In this document: piece by piece, positions 62,601 to 64,000 of the stretch
Position numbering within the stretch: position 1 is the first letter of the stretch
Layout: each line of letters opens with the position of its first letter
Source of the DNA: Stegostoma tigrinum
Lineage: Eukaryota
DNA length: 64,000 bases
Direction: 5' to 3'
Assembly: GCF_030684315.1 (NCBI RefSeq)
Contig: NC_081391.1
Location: forward strand, 21,350,629-21,414,628
The notes under the pieces: generated by a model
Seen by the model: only the letters and a program-made list of their open reading frames with translations
What the model was told of the DNA's origin: nothing
The model's database searches: none
Translations under genes and position numbers: made by a program

Positions 62601-63967
62601 ATGGTTTCCCAAGTGTGTCAGAACTACCACAAGGACTGTGAGGATGCTGTTAACAAGCAGATCAACCTGGAGCTCTATTCCTCCTATGTTTACCTCTCCA
62701 TGGTGAGCTTTGTGGAATTGAAGCCTGTGTGATAACAGTGTTGACCTGTTTGGGGTTTTTATGCTGGGTTAATGAATTAGCTGTATCATGTATTATTTGC
62801 TGTGGCCCTTCCCCTGTTGCAATCTAGTGCAGGCCTTAACACTGACTCTCTGTTCAAAACCTGACCATTGTCTTCATGTCCAACTGCCTCCTGGATGTGG
62901 ATGCCCAGCTTGCTGTCTCTGGACAATGTAACCCTTGGTGATTTTTCATCTAACTCTGGAGGGATGATGTGGTCTTTGTCAATAACTAAATTTTAAAATT
63001 GGTTGCATTCCTTTTCTCAACAAAAGCTTTCCCTGGTGGAAACTTTTCCTGACACAAATATACTCCTTTTTGTTTAAAACCTTGCCCCATTCACCAGACT
63101 GTCTTGTGCTCAAGATGTAAAGTTCCCTGAACTAAAAGAACAGCAGCTGCTGGACACTAAACACCAACGGAAAAGCTCTAAACATCTGGTTGAAAACCAA
63201 GCTCTGGGTCCACTGACCCTTTCTCAAGTGGCTTTGAGCTATGCAATGTGAGGAAAGAGGCACACTTTCACACGATGTAGGTGCTTTTTTTTTCTCTCTC
63301 TAACAAAGCAGTTAGAATTCTGTGGAGTGGATGGTAGGACACTGGGGTTATTCAGGTGGGTGATGGTGATAATGAGGCTGCTGACTGAGCTTTCTGGCTG
63401 TGTTCATGAACACATGTCCCTTCATTCAGTTGGACAGGGGCCTAACTGGTCTCCACCTCCTGAACCATAGTGTTTCTAACCTGCAGAGCAGGGATGTCTA
63501 ATGGCTATAGACAGCTGTCCCCTTCAGCAGGCACCATGCCACATGTACTGTCTCTCTTTCTCGCTCACACAGGCCAGGGATTGCATTTGCTTTTTGTCCT
63601 TGATTTCCAGAAAGCTGGTGAAATATCTGCACAAAGGCTGCTTTAGTATCTGTTGTTTGGGTTATAATCCATGGAAGGTGACTTCCTGCTTTGCCTGTTT
63701 TTTTACCACTTAAATGTGGAATCAAGATGGTGCCCAGGTTATTTCCTGAGTGAGGAGTGTCATTCACGAATTTCAGACAGTTTCCTTTTAACCTCTCTCC
63801 CTCCCTCCCTCCCTCCACAGTTCTCTTACTTTGACCGGGATGATGTTGCCCTGCATCACTTTGCTGAGTTCTTCAAGGAGCAGTCCCATGAGGAACGGGA
63901 ACACGCTGAGAAACTGATGGCATTCCAGAATAAACGTGGAGGTCGAGTCCTCCTGCAGGACATTAAG
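62601..63967 (+). CDS. FTH1: Ferritin heavy-chain-like copy 11 (exons 1-2; continues beyond the window)
   Basis: Exons 62601-62702 and 63821-63967, both intact with GT-AG sites. Confidence 0.88.
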
Positions 63968-64000
63968 GTTGGATTCTGAAGCCTTCTGTTTGTGTAGCTC

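Larger units (their letters stand above)
50100..63540 (+). repeat. Higher-order segmental duplicate of about 1250-12940
   Basis: Exon offsets are 48846 (copy 1 vs 9), 50604 (copy 2 vs 10) and 50600 (copy 3 vs 11). The blocks share pseudogene lesions and deletions. Confidence 0.85.

Overview
Vertebrate genomic DNA, most likely from a shark or other elasmobranch given the CR1/HER1-type LINEs and an HE1-like SINE. The window is a head-to-tail tandem array of 11 ferritin heavy-chain-like gene copies, all on the + strand, each with the 4-exon, 173-aa layout or a remnant of it. Copies 6, 7 and 9 have intact ORFs, and copy 11 is intact as far as the window extends. Copy 3 has five 1-bp indels next to an assembly gap, possibly sequencing errors. 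Copies 2 and 10 are pseudogenes. Copies 4, 5 and 8 are 'headless' exon 2-4 cassettes, and copy 1 starts inside a LINE in intron 1. The spacers are nested, co-duplicated CR1 LINE and SINE relics. Main oddities: (i) no canonical iron-responsive element in the short predicted 5' UTRs; (ii) near-identical exons joined by interchangeable, sometimes non-alignable, intron and flank types in combinatorial mosaics; (iii) a conserved 56-nt C/D-box-like or branch-point-rich element in every intron 2; (iv) a deletion that puts a CR1 ORF in phase on the ferritin intron-1 donor; (v) higher-order duplications at about 5, 12, 24 and 49-51 kb. All comparisons were made by eye.
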